Source: an uncultured Lautropia sp. (GTDB lineage: Bacteria > Pseudomonadota > Gammaproteobacteria > Burkholderiales > Burkholderiaceae_E). From it: a stretch of 33,655 nucleotides of DNA. Positions 1-9,641 of the stretch are shown piece after piece. A program made the translations under genes and the position numbers. The DNA lies in contig CALLYQ010000217.1 of the NCBI GenBank assembly GCA_937858875.1, positions 1 to 33,655 on the forward strand, read 5' to 3'. Positions within the stretch are counted from its first letter, which is position 1. Every line of letters begins with the position of its first letter. Below the pieces are notes generated by a model. The model saw only the letters and a list, made by a program, of their open reading frames with translations. It did not search any database and was not told where the DNA came from.

Positions 1-729
1 CTGGTCGCCGCCTGGGAAGCGGTCGCCACGCTGTACGGCCCGCTGGTGCTGCCCGATCCGCGCTCGGCCTTCGCCACGCTGCAGCGCCTGATCGCCGACG
101 GCGTCGCCTGGCCCGAACTGGCAGTCACCAGCCGCCGCGCACTGATCGGCTTCGCGCTGGCGACCGCCGTGGGCACCGTGCTGGGCCTGGCCGCCGGCGT
201 GTCGATGACCGCTTCGATGATGTCGCGCCCGCTCGTCACCGTGCTGATGGGCACGCCACCGATCGCCTGGCTGGTGCTCGCGATGCTGTGGTTCGGCGCC
301 AGCGACGGCACGCCGGTATTCACCGTCTTCGTCGCAGGTTTCCCGGTCGTCTTCGTCGGCGCGCTGCAGGGCACACGCACGCTCGACAACCAGTTGCGCA
401 CGATGGCCGAGGCGTTCCGGCTGCCGCCTCGGATGATGCTGTTCGACGTCTACCTGCCGCACGTCGTGTCTTACCTGTTCCCCGCATGGATCGCCGCGCT
501 CGGCATGTCCTGGAAGGTCGTCGTGATGGCCGAGCTGCTGTCCACGTCCGACGGCGTCGGCGCGGCACTGGCCGTCTCGCGCTCGCACCTGGACACCGCC
601 GCGACGATGGCCTGGATCGTCGCCGTCGTCGGCCTGCTGCTGGCCGTCGAGTACCTGCTGCTCGAACCGATCAAGCGCGAAGTCGAACGCTGGCGAATCG
701 GTGATCCGACGAGCGAGGGGGCGTCGTGA
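1..729 (+). CDS. ABC transporter permease, NitT/TauT (SsuC-like) family; 5' end lies outside the window
   Basis: Frame is open from base 1 (LVAAWEAVATLYGPLVLPDP...). Several hydrophobic helices, PPIAW motif and an EAA-like loop (LRTMAEAFRL...VYLP). The stop overlaps the GTG of the next ATPase (GTGA). Confidence 0.9.
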   Translation: MVAAWEAVATLYGPLVLPDPRSAFATLQRLIADGVAWPELAVTSRRALIGFALATAVGTVLGLAAGVSMTASMMSRPLVTVLMGTPPIAWLVLAMLWFGASDGTPVFTVFVAGFPVVFVGALQGTRTLDNQLRTMAEAFRLPPRMMLFDVYLPHVVSYLFPAWIAALGMSWKVVVMAELLSTSDGVGAALAVSRSHLDTAATMAWIVAVVGLLLAVEYLLLEPIKREVERWRIGDPTSEGAS

Positions 730-1751
730 ACCGGACTTCTGCCGCAGCCGCCGTCGGCAGGGCCGTGGGTGGCCGGTATCCGGCTGCGACGCTGCCGACG
801 GGCCCCGGCGCGAGCGCCGGCTTGCGCGTGCGCGGCCTTTCTCATTCCTTCGGCCCCGACGAAGTCCTCGTCGGCATCGATCTCGACGTCACCGCCGGCC
901 AGGTCGTCGCGCTGGTCGGGCCTTCGGGCTGCGGCAAGACGACGCTGCTGCACCTGTGCGCGGGGCTTCTCCGGAACCAGGAAGGCAGCGTCGACAACGC
1001 CTTCGGGAGCCAGGCCTGTGTCTTCCAGCAGCCGCGGCTGCTGCCCTGGAAGACGACGCTGGACAACGTCGCGCTCGGCCTGGCCGCGGCCGGCGTCGCG
1101 CGGGCCGAGCGCGAACGCCGAGCGCGCGAGCTGGCGCTGCGCATGGGGCTGGCCGACGGCGATCTGGACAAGTTCCCGCACCAGTTGTCGGGCGGCATGC
1201 AGAGCCGCGTCGCGCTGGCGCGTGCGCTGGCGCTCGACCCGCGGCTGCTGCTGCTCGACGAGCCGTTCTCGGCGCTCGACGTCGGCCTGAAGGAGGAACT
1301 CTACGAACTGCTGCTCGCACATCTGGCCGAGCGCAGCATGGCCGTGCTGATGATCACGCACGACCTGATGGAGGCGGTCAGGCTGTCCGACACGATCCTC
1401 GTGATGGCACCGGAGCCCGGTCGAATCGTGGCGCGCTTCGACCTGTCGCGTCCGGCCGCGCTGCGCGACGACGGCTGGTCGCATCGCAGTACCGCGCAAT
1501 TGCTGCAGCACCCGGCCGTGCGCAGCAGCTTCGGACTGCGACCGCGCAGCGCCGGTGGCGGCGCCAGCGCCGGCAGTCGGGCCGGCGCCGCCTCCGCTGT
1601 CCTGCGACTCGCCGGCCGCTCGCAGGCCGACTGCAGGCTTCCCGAGCGCGCGTGCGCCGACGACGAACCCGATACGCCGACAGCGGCAGACGACGCCCCG
1701 ATCTTCGTCCCGGTACAGGCAGCCCGACGCAGCGGCCCCACGCGATGCTGA
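726..1751 (+). CDS. ABC transporter ATP-binding protein, NitT/TauT (SsuB-like) family, with low-complexity C-terminal tail
   Basis: Walker A GPSGCGKTT, signature LSGGM, Walker B LLLLDEPF and H-loop ITHD. Coupled to the upstream permease. Confidence 0.9.
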   Translation: MNRTSAAAAVGRAVGGRYPAATLPTGPGASAGLRVRGLSHSFGPDEVLVGIDLDVTAGQVVALVGPSGCGKTTLLHLCAGLLRNQEGSVDNAFGSQACVFQQPRLLPWKTTLDNVALGLAAAGVARAERERRARELALRMGLADGDLDKFPHQLSGGMQSRVALARALALDPRLLLLDEPFSALDVGLKEELYELLLAHLAERSMAVLMITHDLMEAVRLSDTILVMAPEPGRIVARFDLSRPAALRDDGWSHRSTAQLLQHPAVRSSFGLRPRSAGGGASAGSRAGAASAVLRLAGRSQADCRLPERACADDEPDTPTAADDAPIFVPVQAARRSGPTRC

Positions 1752-3082
1752 AACCGACCCCGTCCACGGCAGGAGAGTCGTCCCCGGCCTCCGCCCCGGC
1801 CTCCTCATCCGCAGCGGCCCACCTCGGCCCCCGCCTGCTCGACCGCCTGTCGACGCTGCCGGTCTTCATGTGCAGCTTCCGGCCGCTGTTCTTCGCAACC
1901 GCGCTGTACGGATTGGTCGGCCTGGCCCTCTGGGCCGCGTTCCTGCAATTCGGCGTGCTGTTGCCCGCGGTCCCCGGCGGCTTTCTGGTCTGGCACGGCC
2001 ACGAGATGGTGTTCGGCTTCGGCATGGCGGCCGTCGTCGGTTTCGTGCCGACCGCAGTGCCGGAGTTCACCGCGACCCCGGCGCTCGGTGCGCGTGTGGC
2101 GGTCGTCGCGACGCTCGCCTGGCTCGCCGCGCGCATCGCCTTCTGGCTGTCAGGCACGGTCGGCGTGCTGCCGGCGGCGTTGACGAACGTCGGCTTCGCT
2201 CTGCTGCCGATCGCGCTGGTCGCAGGCCGCCTGCTGGGCGATCCCGACCGGCGCCATCTCGGCTTTCTGTTCGGGCTGATCGCACTGGCCGCCAGCAGCG
2301 CCGGCTTCTACTTCGACGCGCTGCGCGGGCACTATCCGATGCGCTGGGTCTACCTGGCGATCGGCGTGCTGATGGCCTTGATCGTCGTTGCGATGAGCCG
2401 GATCTCGATGCGGATCGTCAACGATGCGCTGACGGAGGCACGCGATGCCGACGACCCCGACGCTCCGGTCTACCGGGCGCGGCCACCGCGCCGGAACCTG
2501 GCGATCACGGCGATCGTGCTTTACAGCCTTGCCGAGTTTCTGCTGCCGCAATCTGCAATCGGCGGCTGGCTGGCGCTGGCTGCAGCCGCCTCCGTATTGA
2601 ATCTGCTCAACGACTGGCATGTCGGCCGCCCGCTGATCGGACGCTGGCCGCTGCTGCTCTACGCCGCCTACTGGCTGATGGCGCTCGGCTACGCGACGAT
2701 CGGCGTCGCGTTGCTGTTCGACGGGCCGACGATCAGCGCCGGCCGGCACCTGCTGGTCGTCGGCGCCATGGGCCTGTCGATCTTCGCGGTCATGTGCATC
2801 GCCGGCCGCATCCATAGCGGCTACCCGCTCGACACGCGGAGTTGGATTCCGGCGGCGGCCGTGCTGATCGTGCTCGCCGCGCTGCTGCGTGCGGCCTCCG
2901 GCATGCCGGGCCTTCCCGCGCACCCGCTGCAGATGGCTTCGGCGCTGTGCTGGATCGCCGCCTTCGGGCTTTACCTGCGGCGCATGGGTCCGATCCTGCT
3001 GCGCGCACGCGTCGACGGCGGCCACGGCTGCGAGGAGGTGCGCAGCGTCGAGCCGGCACGCGGCCGCGCTGCGCCGATGTGA
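1745..3082 (+). CDS. nnrS: NnrS-family membrane protein (~445 aa)
   Basis: Start re-called to ATG 1745, which overlaps the ATPase stop. NnrS-type motifs FRPLFF, WHGHEMVFGF..A.V.GF..TAVPEF, RHLLVVGA and GRIHSGYPL; polytopic hydrophobic profile. Confidence 0.8.
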   Translation: MLKPTPSTAGESSPASAPASSSAAAHLGPRLLDRLSTLPVFMCSFRPLFFATALYGLVGLALWAAFLQFGVLLPAVPGGFLVWHGHEMVFGFGMAAVVGFVPTAVPEFTATPALGARVAVVATLAWLAARIAFWLSGTVGVLPAALTNVGFALLPIALVAGRLLGDPDRRHLGFLFGLIALAASSAGFYFDALRGHYPMRWVYLAIGVLMALIVVAMSRISMRIVNDALTEARDADDPDAPVYRARPPRRNLAITAIVLYSLAEFLLPQSAIGGWLALAAAASVLNLLNDWHVGRPLIGRWPLLLYAAYWLMALGYATIGVALLFDGPTISAGRHLLVVGAMGLSIFAVMCIAGRIHSGYPLDTRSWIPAAAVLIVLAALLRAASGMPGLPAHPLQMASALCWIAAFGLYLRRMGPILLRARVDGGHGCEEVRSVEPARGRAAPM

Positions 3083-3124
3083 TAGAAAAAGACGACCTCC
3101 CGCTCGCGAACGGATCGCTCCACC

Positions 3125-4378
3125 ATGCACGTGATCATCGTCGGCGCCGGCGTGATCGGCGTGACATCGGCCTGGTACCTGAGCGAACGCGGCTTCGAGG
3201 TGACCGTCGTCGAGCGCAGGGCCGAGCCCGCCGCCGAGACCAGCTTCGCCAATGGCGGACAGGTCTCGACCAGCCACGCCGAACCCTGGGCGAATCCGGG
3301 CGCGCCGCTCAAGCTGCTGCGCTGGCTGGCGCGCGGCGATTCGCCTCTGTTGTTTCGCCCGCGCGCCGATCCGCGCCAATGGATCTGGCTCGCCCGCTTC
3401 CTGCTCGAATGCACGCCGCGCCGCACCAGGAACAACCTCGGGCAGCTCGTGCGTCTGGGGCTGTACAGCCGCGCCGAACTCCAATCGCTGCGGCGCGCTA
3501 CCGGCATCCACTATGACGAGGCCACACGCGGCATCCTGCACTTCTACACCGACGCCGCCGAATTCTCGGCCGCGCGCGAGCCGGCGCGGCTGATGAGCGA
3601 ACTCGGCTGCGAGCGGCGGCTGCTCGAGCCCGATGAAGCGATCGCCATCGAACCGGCACTGTCCGCGATCCGCGGGCGGCTGGCCGGCGCCACCTACACG
3701 GCCGGCGATGAATCGGGCGACGCCTGCGCCTTCACGCGCGCGCTCGCCGAGCGCTGCCGCCAGCGCGGCGTGCGCTTCCTGACCGGCCACCGGGTCACCG
3801 CGCTGCGCGCACGCGGTCCACACATCGATCATGCCGAGGTGATCGACGCCGAGGGCGCCTACCGGCCGCTGCGCGCGGACCGATACCTGCTGGCGGCCGG
3901 AAGCTGGAGCCCGCTGCTCGCCGCAACGCTCGGATTGCGACTGCGCGTCTATCCGGCCAAGGGCTATTCGCTGACGATGCCGGTTGCCGACCCCGAAAAG
4001 GCATGGCGCGTGTCACTGACCGACGACGAAGGCAAGCTTGTCTTCTCGCGCCTGGGCGAACGCCTGCGAATCGCCGGCACAGCCGAGCTGTCGGGATGGA
4101 ACCAGGCGCTGAATCCGGCGCGTTGCGACGCGATCCTGCGGCGCACGCAGCAGTTGTTTCCCGGCGCAGGCGATGCCTCGCGCGCCCAGTACTGGAGCGG
4201 CTTGCGCCCGGCGACGCCGTCGAACCTGCCCTGCCTCGGTGCCACTCGCTACCCGGAACTGTGGCTGAACACCGGCCACGGCACGCTGGGCTGGACGCTG
4301 GCCTGCGGCTCGGGGCGCGCGATCGCCGAGCTGATGAACGGAAAGCGACCGGAGGTCGATTTCGTGTTCACACGCTGA
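3125..4378 (+). CDS. dadA: D-amino acid dehydrogenase (FAD-dependent)
   Basis: N-terminal GAGVIG dinucleotide-binding motif, [25 protein letters not shown] and [16 protein letters not shown], all typical of DadA. Confidence 0.88.
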   Translation: MHVIIVGAGVIGVTSAWYLSERGFEVTVVERRAEPAAETSFANGGQVSTSHAEPWANPGAPLKLLRWLARGDSPLLFRPRADPRQWIWLARFLLECTPRRTRNNLGQLVRLGLYSRAELQSLRRATGIHYDEATRGILHFYTDAAEFSAAREPARLMSELGCERRLLEPDEAIAIEPALSAIRGRLAGATYTAGDESGDACAFTRALAERCRQRGVRFLTGHRVTALRARGPHIDHAEVIDAEGAYRPLRADRYLLAAGSWSPLLAATLGLRLRVYPAKGYSLTMPVADPEKAWRVSLTDDEGKLVFSRLGERLRIAGTAELSGWNQALNPARCDAILRRTQQLFPGAGDASRAQYWSGLRPATPSNLPCLGATRYPELWLNTGHGTLGWTLACGSGRAIAELMNGKRPEVDFVFTR

Positions 4379-5345
4379 GGTCGCGCGAGTCGAACATCCC
4401 CTCGAATAGCACCGAACTGAGGTAGCGCTCTCCGGAGTCGGGGAGCACGACGACGATCGTCTTGCCGGCGAACTGCGGGTCGTGCGCCACGCGCAGCGCT
4501 GCTGCCACTGCCGCGCCGCTCGAGATCCCGGACAGGATGCCCTCCTCGCTGGCGAGCCTGCGCGCATAGCGGATGGCTTCGTCGTTGTCGACCGTCACGA
4601 CCTGGTCGATCAGCGACAGGTCGAGCACCTGCGGGATGAAGCCGGCGCCGATCCCCTGGATCTTGTGCGGCGACGGCGTCTGCGCCTGGCCGGCCAGCTT
4701 CTGCGTGATCACCGGGCTGGCGACCGGCTCGACCGCCACCGTGACCAGCGGCTTGCCCAGCGTTCGCTTGATGTAGCGCGATACGCCGGTCAGCGTGCCG
4801 CCGGTGCCGACACCCGAAACCAGCACGTCGACGGCCCCATCGGTATCGGTCCAGATTTCCGGGCCGGTCGTCGCTTCGTGGATCGCGGGATTCGCCGGAT
4901 TGGTGAATTGCTGCAGCATCACGTAGCGCTGCGGATCCGAAGCGACGATCTCCTCGGCCTTCGCGATCGCGCCGTTCATCCCCTTCGGACCTTCGGTCAG
5001 CACGAGCTTCGCGCCATAGGCCACGAGCAGCTTGCGGCGCTCGACGCTCATCGTGTCGGGCATCGTCAGCGTCAGCGGAATGCCGCGCGCCGCAGCCACG
5101 AAGGCCAGCGCGATCCCGGTGTTCCCGCTGGTCGGTTCGACCAGTTCCTTGCCTGGCCCCAGCAGCCCACGCTTCTCGGCGTCCTCGACCATCGCGATCC
5201 CGATGCGGTCCTTGACCGAATACGCCGGATTGCGTCCTTCGACCTTGGCGAGCAGCGTTGCCGGCGCTCCCTCGGTGATCCGGTTCAGGCGGACCAGCGG
5301 CGTACGTCCGATCGATTGTGCGTTGTCGGTGAACCATTGCGGCAT
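4368..5345 (-). CDS. cysK: Cysteine synthase A (O-acetylserine sulfhydrylase)
   Basis: PLP-lysine motif [34 protein letters not shown] and [16 protein letters not shown] upstream on the minus strand. Confidence 0.95.
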   Translation of the reverse strand: MPQWFTDNAQSIGRTPLVRLNRITEGAPATLLAKVEGRNPAYSVKDRIGIAMVEDAEKRGLLGPGKELVEPTSGNTGIALAFVAAARGIPLTLTMPDTMSVERRKLLVAYGAKLVLTEGPKGMNGAIAKAEEIVASDPQRYVMLQQFTNPANPAIHEATTGPEIWTDTDGAVDVLVSGVGTGGTLTGVSRYIKRTLGKPLVTVAVEPVASPVITQKLAGQAQTPSPHKIQGIGAGFIPQVLDLSLIDQVVTVDNDEAIRYARRLASEEGILSGISSGAAVAAALRVAHDPQFAGKTIVVVLPDSGERYLSSVLFEGMFDSRDLSV

Positions 5346-5631
5346 GTTCGATGCTCCCGATTGATTCGATGTTCTCCATCGTCAAGCGTAACGAGGAACG
5401 GTACGAGCGTCGAATCGGCGTATGAAGCGCACTCGCGTCGCCCACCCGCGTCGCCAATCCCGGGCCTCGCAGCCCATTTTGTCGTTTCCGTGAAACAAGT
5501 CACGCGCGCTGTCAGGAAACCGGGATACGGTGGCTACCTCCCGTTCGAGCTTACAGGGACACGGGCACGTCAATTGCAGCGTACCCGCCCTTGCAGGCAC
5601 GTCAGAAACCCCGCACGGGAGAAGAACAGGA

Positions 5632-6126
5632 ATGAAGGTGTCGCAGGTCATGGCAAGGGAAGTCGGCTCCGTTCATCCGGATGCCACGTTGCAGCGCGCT
5701 GCGCTCATGATGGGAGAGCTCGAGACCGCAATACTGCCGGTCTGCGATCGCGGGCGACTCGTCGGCGTCATCACCGATCGGGACATCGCGATCAGGGCAA
5801 CCGCACGCGGCTTGTCGCCGCTGGCAAGCCTCGTCGGCGACGTCATGAGTGCTCGCGTGGTCTGGTGCACCGAAGACCAGGACGTCGACGAAGTCGCGCG
5901 CTGCATGGACGCCGAACGGCTCAGTCGCCTGCCGGTACTCGGACCCGGTCGCCAGATCGTCGGCATCGTGTCGCGGCGTGAATTGGCCGACCGCGGCGCC
6001 GCTCGTCAGGTCCGCACGGCCCGTGCGACGGACGTCGACGTGCAGGCAGCCCTGAGCCTCATCACGAGGGAAGCGGCACCCCAATGGACGGCACGCCGCC
6101 AGCGCATCGAAGCAGGGAGGGGGTAA
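5632..6126 (+). CDS. CBS-domain pair protein (~164 aa)
   Basis: Start re-called to ATG 5632 (MKVSQVM) after GGGAG. Two CBS repeats: LPVCDRGRLVGVITDRDI and LPVLGPGRQIVGIVS. Confidence 0.85.
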   Translation: MKVSQVMAREVGSVHPDATLQRAALMMGELETAILPVCDRGRLVGVITDRDIAIRATARGLSPLASLVGDVMSARVVWCTEDQDVDEVARCMDAERLSRLPVLGPGRQIVGIVSRRELADRGAARQVRTARATDVDVQAALSLITREAAPQWTARRQRIEAGRG

Positions 6127-6387
6127 GTGGGGCATCGAACCAAATCCGGCCGACACGCCATCGCGATCTTCGAACTTCGCTGCGACCCGGCGCCCAGTCC
6201 GCGCGCCCCTTGGCCGAGGGTCGCTACCGAGCCGAAGAACCAGCTCGACGACGACAGCTCGGACGACGACCATGATCGCTTCGCCGGCTGGATGTCGGCC
6301 GACGAGATCATCGACGAGCTGATGCTCGAACTCGACGACGAAGACTTCTGGCAGATGCCGCTGCCGCCGAGTTCCGTACGCCACTGA
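6127..6387 (+). CDS. Small hypothetical protein with very acidic C-terminal half (86 aa)
   Basis: GTG directly after the CBS stop, preceded by GGAGG. Fills an otherwise empty gap and uses GC3-rich codons (gac/gag/atc/ctc). No family recognised. Confidence 0.5.
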   Translation: MGHRTKSGRHAIAIFELRCDPAPSPRAPWPRVATEPKNQLDDDSSDDDHDRFAGWMSADEIIDELMLELDDEDFWQMPLPPSSVRH

Positions 6388-6409
6388 GGCGGCCCGGCCA
6401 CCACGACGT

Positions 6410-7585
6410 TCAGGCCAGGCCCTGAAGGAACTCGAGCAGCCGGCGCTTCGTCTCTTCCGGCTGTTCCTGCTGGACCCAGTGTCCGGCCCCCTCGATCAGC
6501 CAGCAACCGCGAAAGTCCGTACAAGCGCGATGCCGCATGGCGTCGAGCGCCCCCGGCCGTTGCTCGATCCCCCAGTCGCTGGCGCCGGCGATGAAGCACG
6601 ACGGCACGTCGATCGTGCGGCCGGCGAACAGGCCCAGCTCCGTTGCGAACCTTGGCGAGACGCCGCAGCGATACCACTGAAGCCCGCCCTGGAATCCGGT
6701 CCGCGAGTATTCCTCGCCGTAGACGCGCAGCTCGTCGTCGGGCAGCCAGCGGCAGGCGGCGATCTGCTGCGCCGACGGCATCTCCGCGGCCACCGTGTCC
6801 GCCATGCCGCGACGCGCGTCCATCACGTAGTAGGCCGGCAATTTTGCGAGCTCGCCGCCCGACCAGGCCGCAAGCGGGAACGGGCGATTGCCGGGCCAGT
6901 CCGCACTCTTGAAGTGATAATAAGCGCGCATGAAGTCGTGGACGCCTTGCGGGCAGCGCCACATGTCCTCGTCGGCCTCGCGGGTCGCGTAGTACCACTG
7001 GTAGTGCCGGCGCGGCGGCGTCAGGCCGGCCAGTTCGGCATGGATGTCGGCAGCGCCGGAGCCGGCCCCCCGGGAACCGTCGCCACCGGGTGCCGGCACG
7101 GCCGACAACGGGGGCGGTCCGGCGAAAGGCGCACTCATCATCGCAACCGCACGGAACACGTCGGGCCGGATCAGCGCACACCAGGCCGCGACCGGCGACC
7201 CGAAATCATGACCGACGACCGCGGCCGCCGAGCGGTGCCCCAAGGCGAACACCAGCGACAGTACGTCGCGCACGAGGCTCGGCATCGAGAACGAGGCCAG
7301 GTCGCCATCGTAGTCGGGATCCCAGCCGCCGGTACGACCGTAGCCGCGCTGGTCCGGCGCCACGACGTGGTACCCGCCCTCGGCCAGCGGCAGCATCAGC
7401 TTGCGCCAGCTGTAGGCCAGTTCGGGGAAACCGTGCAGCAGCAGCAGAAGCGGCCGGTCCGGCGACTCGAAGCCGGCCTCGATCACGTGCATCGTCAGTC
7501 CGTTGACGCCGGGCACCAGGCGCGAACGGACACCTTCGGGCAGCAGCGCCGCGTCGAGGGGGCCGGGGGAAACGACAGCGGTCAT
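6410..7585 (-). CDS. Alpha/beta hydrolase, soluble epoxide hydrolase-like (~391 aa)
   Basis: HGFP oxyanion motif, GHDFG Asp-nucleophile motif, cap tyrosines (HYQWYY, LQWYR) and catalytic His in GAGHWVQQE. Start re-called to ATG 7585 after GGAG. Confidence 0.85.
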   Translation of the reverse strand: MTAVVSPGPLDAALLPEGVRSRLVPGVNGLTMHVIEAGFESPDRPLLLLLHGFPELAYSWRKLMLPLAEGGYHVVAPDQRGYGRTGGWDPDYDGDLASFSMPSLVRDVLSLVFALGHRSAAAVVGHDFGSPVAAWCALIRPDVFRAVAMMSAPFAGPPPLSAVPAPGGDGSRGAGSGAADIHAELAGLTPPRRHYQWYYATREADEDMWRCPQGVHDFMRAYYHFKSADWPGNRPFPLAAWSGGELAKLPAYYVMDARRGMADTVAAEMPSAQQIAACRWLPDDELRVYGEEYSRTGFQGGLQWYRCGVSPRFATELGLFAGRTIDVPSCFIAGASDWGIEQRPGALDAMRHRACTDFRGCWLIEGAGHWVQQEQPEETKRRLLEFLQGLA

Positions 7586-7710
7586 TCGATCTCCGACGAG
7601 AATCAGGGCTGCAGCGAATGTAGCCAAAAAATCGCCCTGGCAAACTTTCATCGGACACCGTGCCGGCGATGGCCTGCCCATCGCGCCGATCAACGAAGGA
7701 GGAGCGGGAC

Positions 7711-8559
7711 ATGCACGACGAGGATCACGAAGCAGCAGACGGCGACACGCGCGATTTCTCCGGACGTGTGGCGATCGTCACCGGCGGCGGATCGCGCAAC
7801 GCAGGCATCGGAAACGGCCGCGCCGCCGCGATCCTTTTCGCCCGGCGCGGCGCAAGGGTGCTGGTCGTCGACGTGGAACTCGCCGCAGCGCGAGACACGG
7901 TCGCGATGATCGAAGCCGAAGGCAACCAAGCTGCCGCGCTCGCCGCCGACGTGACGCGGCCGGCCGATTGCGAGGCCGCAGTGCTCGCTGCGGTCGAGCG
8001 CTGGGGCCGCCTCGACGTGCTGGTGAACAACGTCGGCATCAGCGGGCCGCCCGGCACGGCGATCGACGTCGACCTCGAAGCCTGGGACCACGCGATGCGG
8101 GTCAACGTCGGCTCAGTGATGCTGATGTCCCGCTACGCGATTCCCGAGATGGCCAGGAATGGGCGTGGCGCGATCGTCAACCTGTCGTCGATCGCCGGCC
8201 TGGCCGGCGGTCACCCGAGCTTGCTGTATCCGACCTCGAAGGCCGCGATCGTAGGCATGACGCGCGCGATGGCTGCGCAGCACGGCCCGCAAGGCATTCG
8301 CGTCAACTGCGTTGCTCCCGGCATGGTCTACACGCCGATGGTCGCGTCCCGCGGCATGACGCCCGAACAGCGCGAGGCGCGCCGGATGGGCTCGCTGCTG
8401 CAGACCGAAGGCAGCGGCTGGGACATCGGCGAAGCCGTCGTCTACCTGGCCAGCGACGCAGCGCGCTGGATCACCGGCACCGTCCTGCCGGTGGACGCCG
8501 GCGCCAGCGCCGGCATGGCGCGGATGCCGGTGCCGGCCAGCGACGGAAAGCGACGGTGA
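7711..8559 (+). CDS. Short-chain dehydrogenase/reductase (SDR, ~282 aa)
   Basis: TGGGS..AGIGNG, NNVG, YPTSK catalytic motif and IRVNCVAPG. Strong AAGGAGG RBS before ATG 7711. Confidence 0.9.
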   Translation: MHDEDHEAADGDTRDFSGRVAIVTGGGSRNAGIGNGRAAAILFARRGARVLVVDVELAAARDTVAMIEAEGNQAAALAADVTRPADCEAAVLAAVERWGRLDVLVNNVGISGPPGTAIDVDLEAWDHAMRVNVGSVMLMSRYAIPEMARNGRGAIVNLSSIAGLAGGHPSLLYPTSKAAIVGMTRAMAAQHGPQGIRVNCVAPGMVYTPMVASRGMTPEQREARRMGSLLQTEGSGWDIGEAVVYLASDAARWITGTVLPVDAGASAGMARMPVPASDGKRR

Positions 8560-8562
8560 CCA

Positions 8563-9573
8563 TCAGCCCGACAGCATCGTGACCACGATCTTCCCGAAAT
8601 GTTCGTTCGCGCGCATCAAGGCAAAGGCTTCGCCGAGCTGCTCGAACGGAAACCGGGCCGAGATCGGCAGCGTCAGCGATCCGTCGCCCACCGCCGGCGC
8701 CAGGTCGGCCCAGGTCTTGCGGCATTCCTCGCGGATCTCGTCGACGCTGCGCGTACGGTGCGTGACGCCGATGTAGTCGACGCGCTTGAGCGCGTGCAGG
8801 TCGAAGTCGAAGTCGCCGCGCGAGCCGGCGAGCCGCCCGACGTTGACGATCCGGCCCAGCACCGCGGCGGCCTTCATGCTCGCGTTGATGGTCGGCCCCG
8901 ACAACTGGTCGACGATCAGGTCCACGCCGCGTCCGCCGGTGGCTTCACGAATCTGCTCAGGCCACTCGGGAGAAGAAGAGTCGATCGCGAGGTCGGCTCC
9001 GAACTCGCCGAGCCGCGAACGCCGCGCCGCGTTCGTCGAGCTGCCGACGACCAGCGCAGCACCCATCTTCTTCGCGATCTGCAAGGCCATGAGTCCGACA
9101 CCGGACGACGCGCCCAGCACCAGCACCGATTCGCCATGCTGCAGGCGGCCGTTCACGACGACCGCGTCATGCATCGTCTGCAAGGCCACCGGCAGCGTTG
9201 CAGCGCGCTCGAAATCGATGCCGTCGGGAATCGGATAGACGCGGCCGAAGTCGGCGACGGTGAACTCGGCGAACGCGGCCGCCCCCGAGCCCATGATCCG
9301 GTCGCCGGGCTTCACGCTCGCGACCCGGCCGCCGACCTCGAGCGCCTCGCCGGCCCATTCCATGCCAAGGATCGTGCCCGAGCCGCCGACGCTGCCGTGC
9401 ATGTGTCCTGCGAGCACGCCGAGATCGGCGCGGTTCAGCGCGACCGCGCGCACACGCACCAGAACTTCGTCGGGGCCCGGCGCAGGGCGGGGTCGCTCGA
9501 CGAACGCCAGGCCGGTATCGTCGCGGATCGCTGCACGCATCGAAAAAGAAGTGTCTGGACGGATTGGGGGCAT
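8563..9573 (-). CDS. Medium-chain dehydrogenase/reductase, NADPH:quinone oxidoreductase (zeta-crystallin)-like
   Basis: ALNRAD, ILGMEWAG, GASSGVG nucleotide-binding motif and HFGKIVV end. No catalytic Zn cysteines. AAGGAG RBS before ATG 9573. Confidence 0.87.
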   Translation of the reverse strand: MPPIRPDTSFSMRAAIRDDTGLAFVERPRPAPGPDEVLVRVRAVALNRADLGVLAGHMHGSVGGSGTILGMEWAGEALEVGGRVASVKPGDRIMGSGAAAFAEFTVADFGRVYPIPDGIDFERAATLPVALQTMHDAVVVNGRLQHGESVLVLGASSGVGLMALQIAKKMGAALVVGSSTNAARRSRLGEFGADLAIDSSSPEWPEQIREATGGRGVDLIVDQLSGPTINASMKAAAVLGRIVNVGRLAGSRGDFDFDLHALKRVDYIGVTHRTRSVDEIREECRKTWADLAPAVGDGSLTLPISARFPFEQLGEAFALMRANEHFGKIVVTMLSG

Positions 9574-9591
9574 CGGGCGTAACTCCTTCGG

Positions 9592-9611
9592 ATCGTTATA
9601 CTTTCAACTAT
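9592..9611. promoter_or_regulatory. Putative operator (dyad ATCGTT-N8-AACTAT) in the oxidoreductase/marR divergent gap
   Basis: Sequence atcgttatactttcaactat. Same half-sites and spacing as the sites at 11411 and 26147. Overlaps a TATACT -10-like hexamer at 9597-9602. Confidence 0.55.
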
Positions 9612-9641
9612 CGCACCGGCGGCACACTCGATCGATCCTCA

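Noticed and set aside
701-3082. 793-aa ORF (apparent N-terminally extended NnrS)
   Set aside because: The upstream part is the shadow frame of the ABC ATPase. Family motifs begin only after ATG 1745.
5484-5496. Dyad GTTTC-CGT-GAAAC between cysK and the CBS gene, resembling the amide-island operator
   Set aside because: Spacing is GTT-N7-AAC rather than N8 and I found no matching promoter layout. It may bind another regulator, but I cannot support that.
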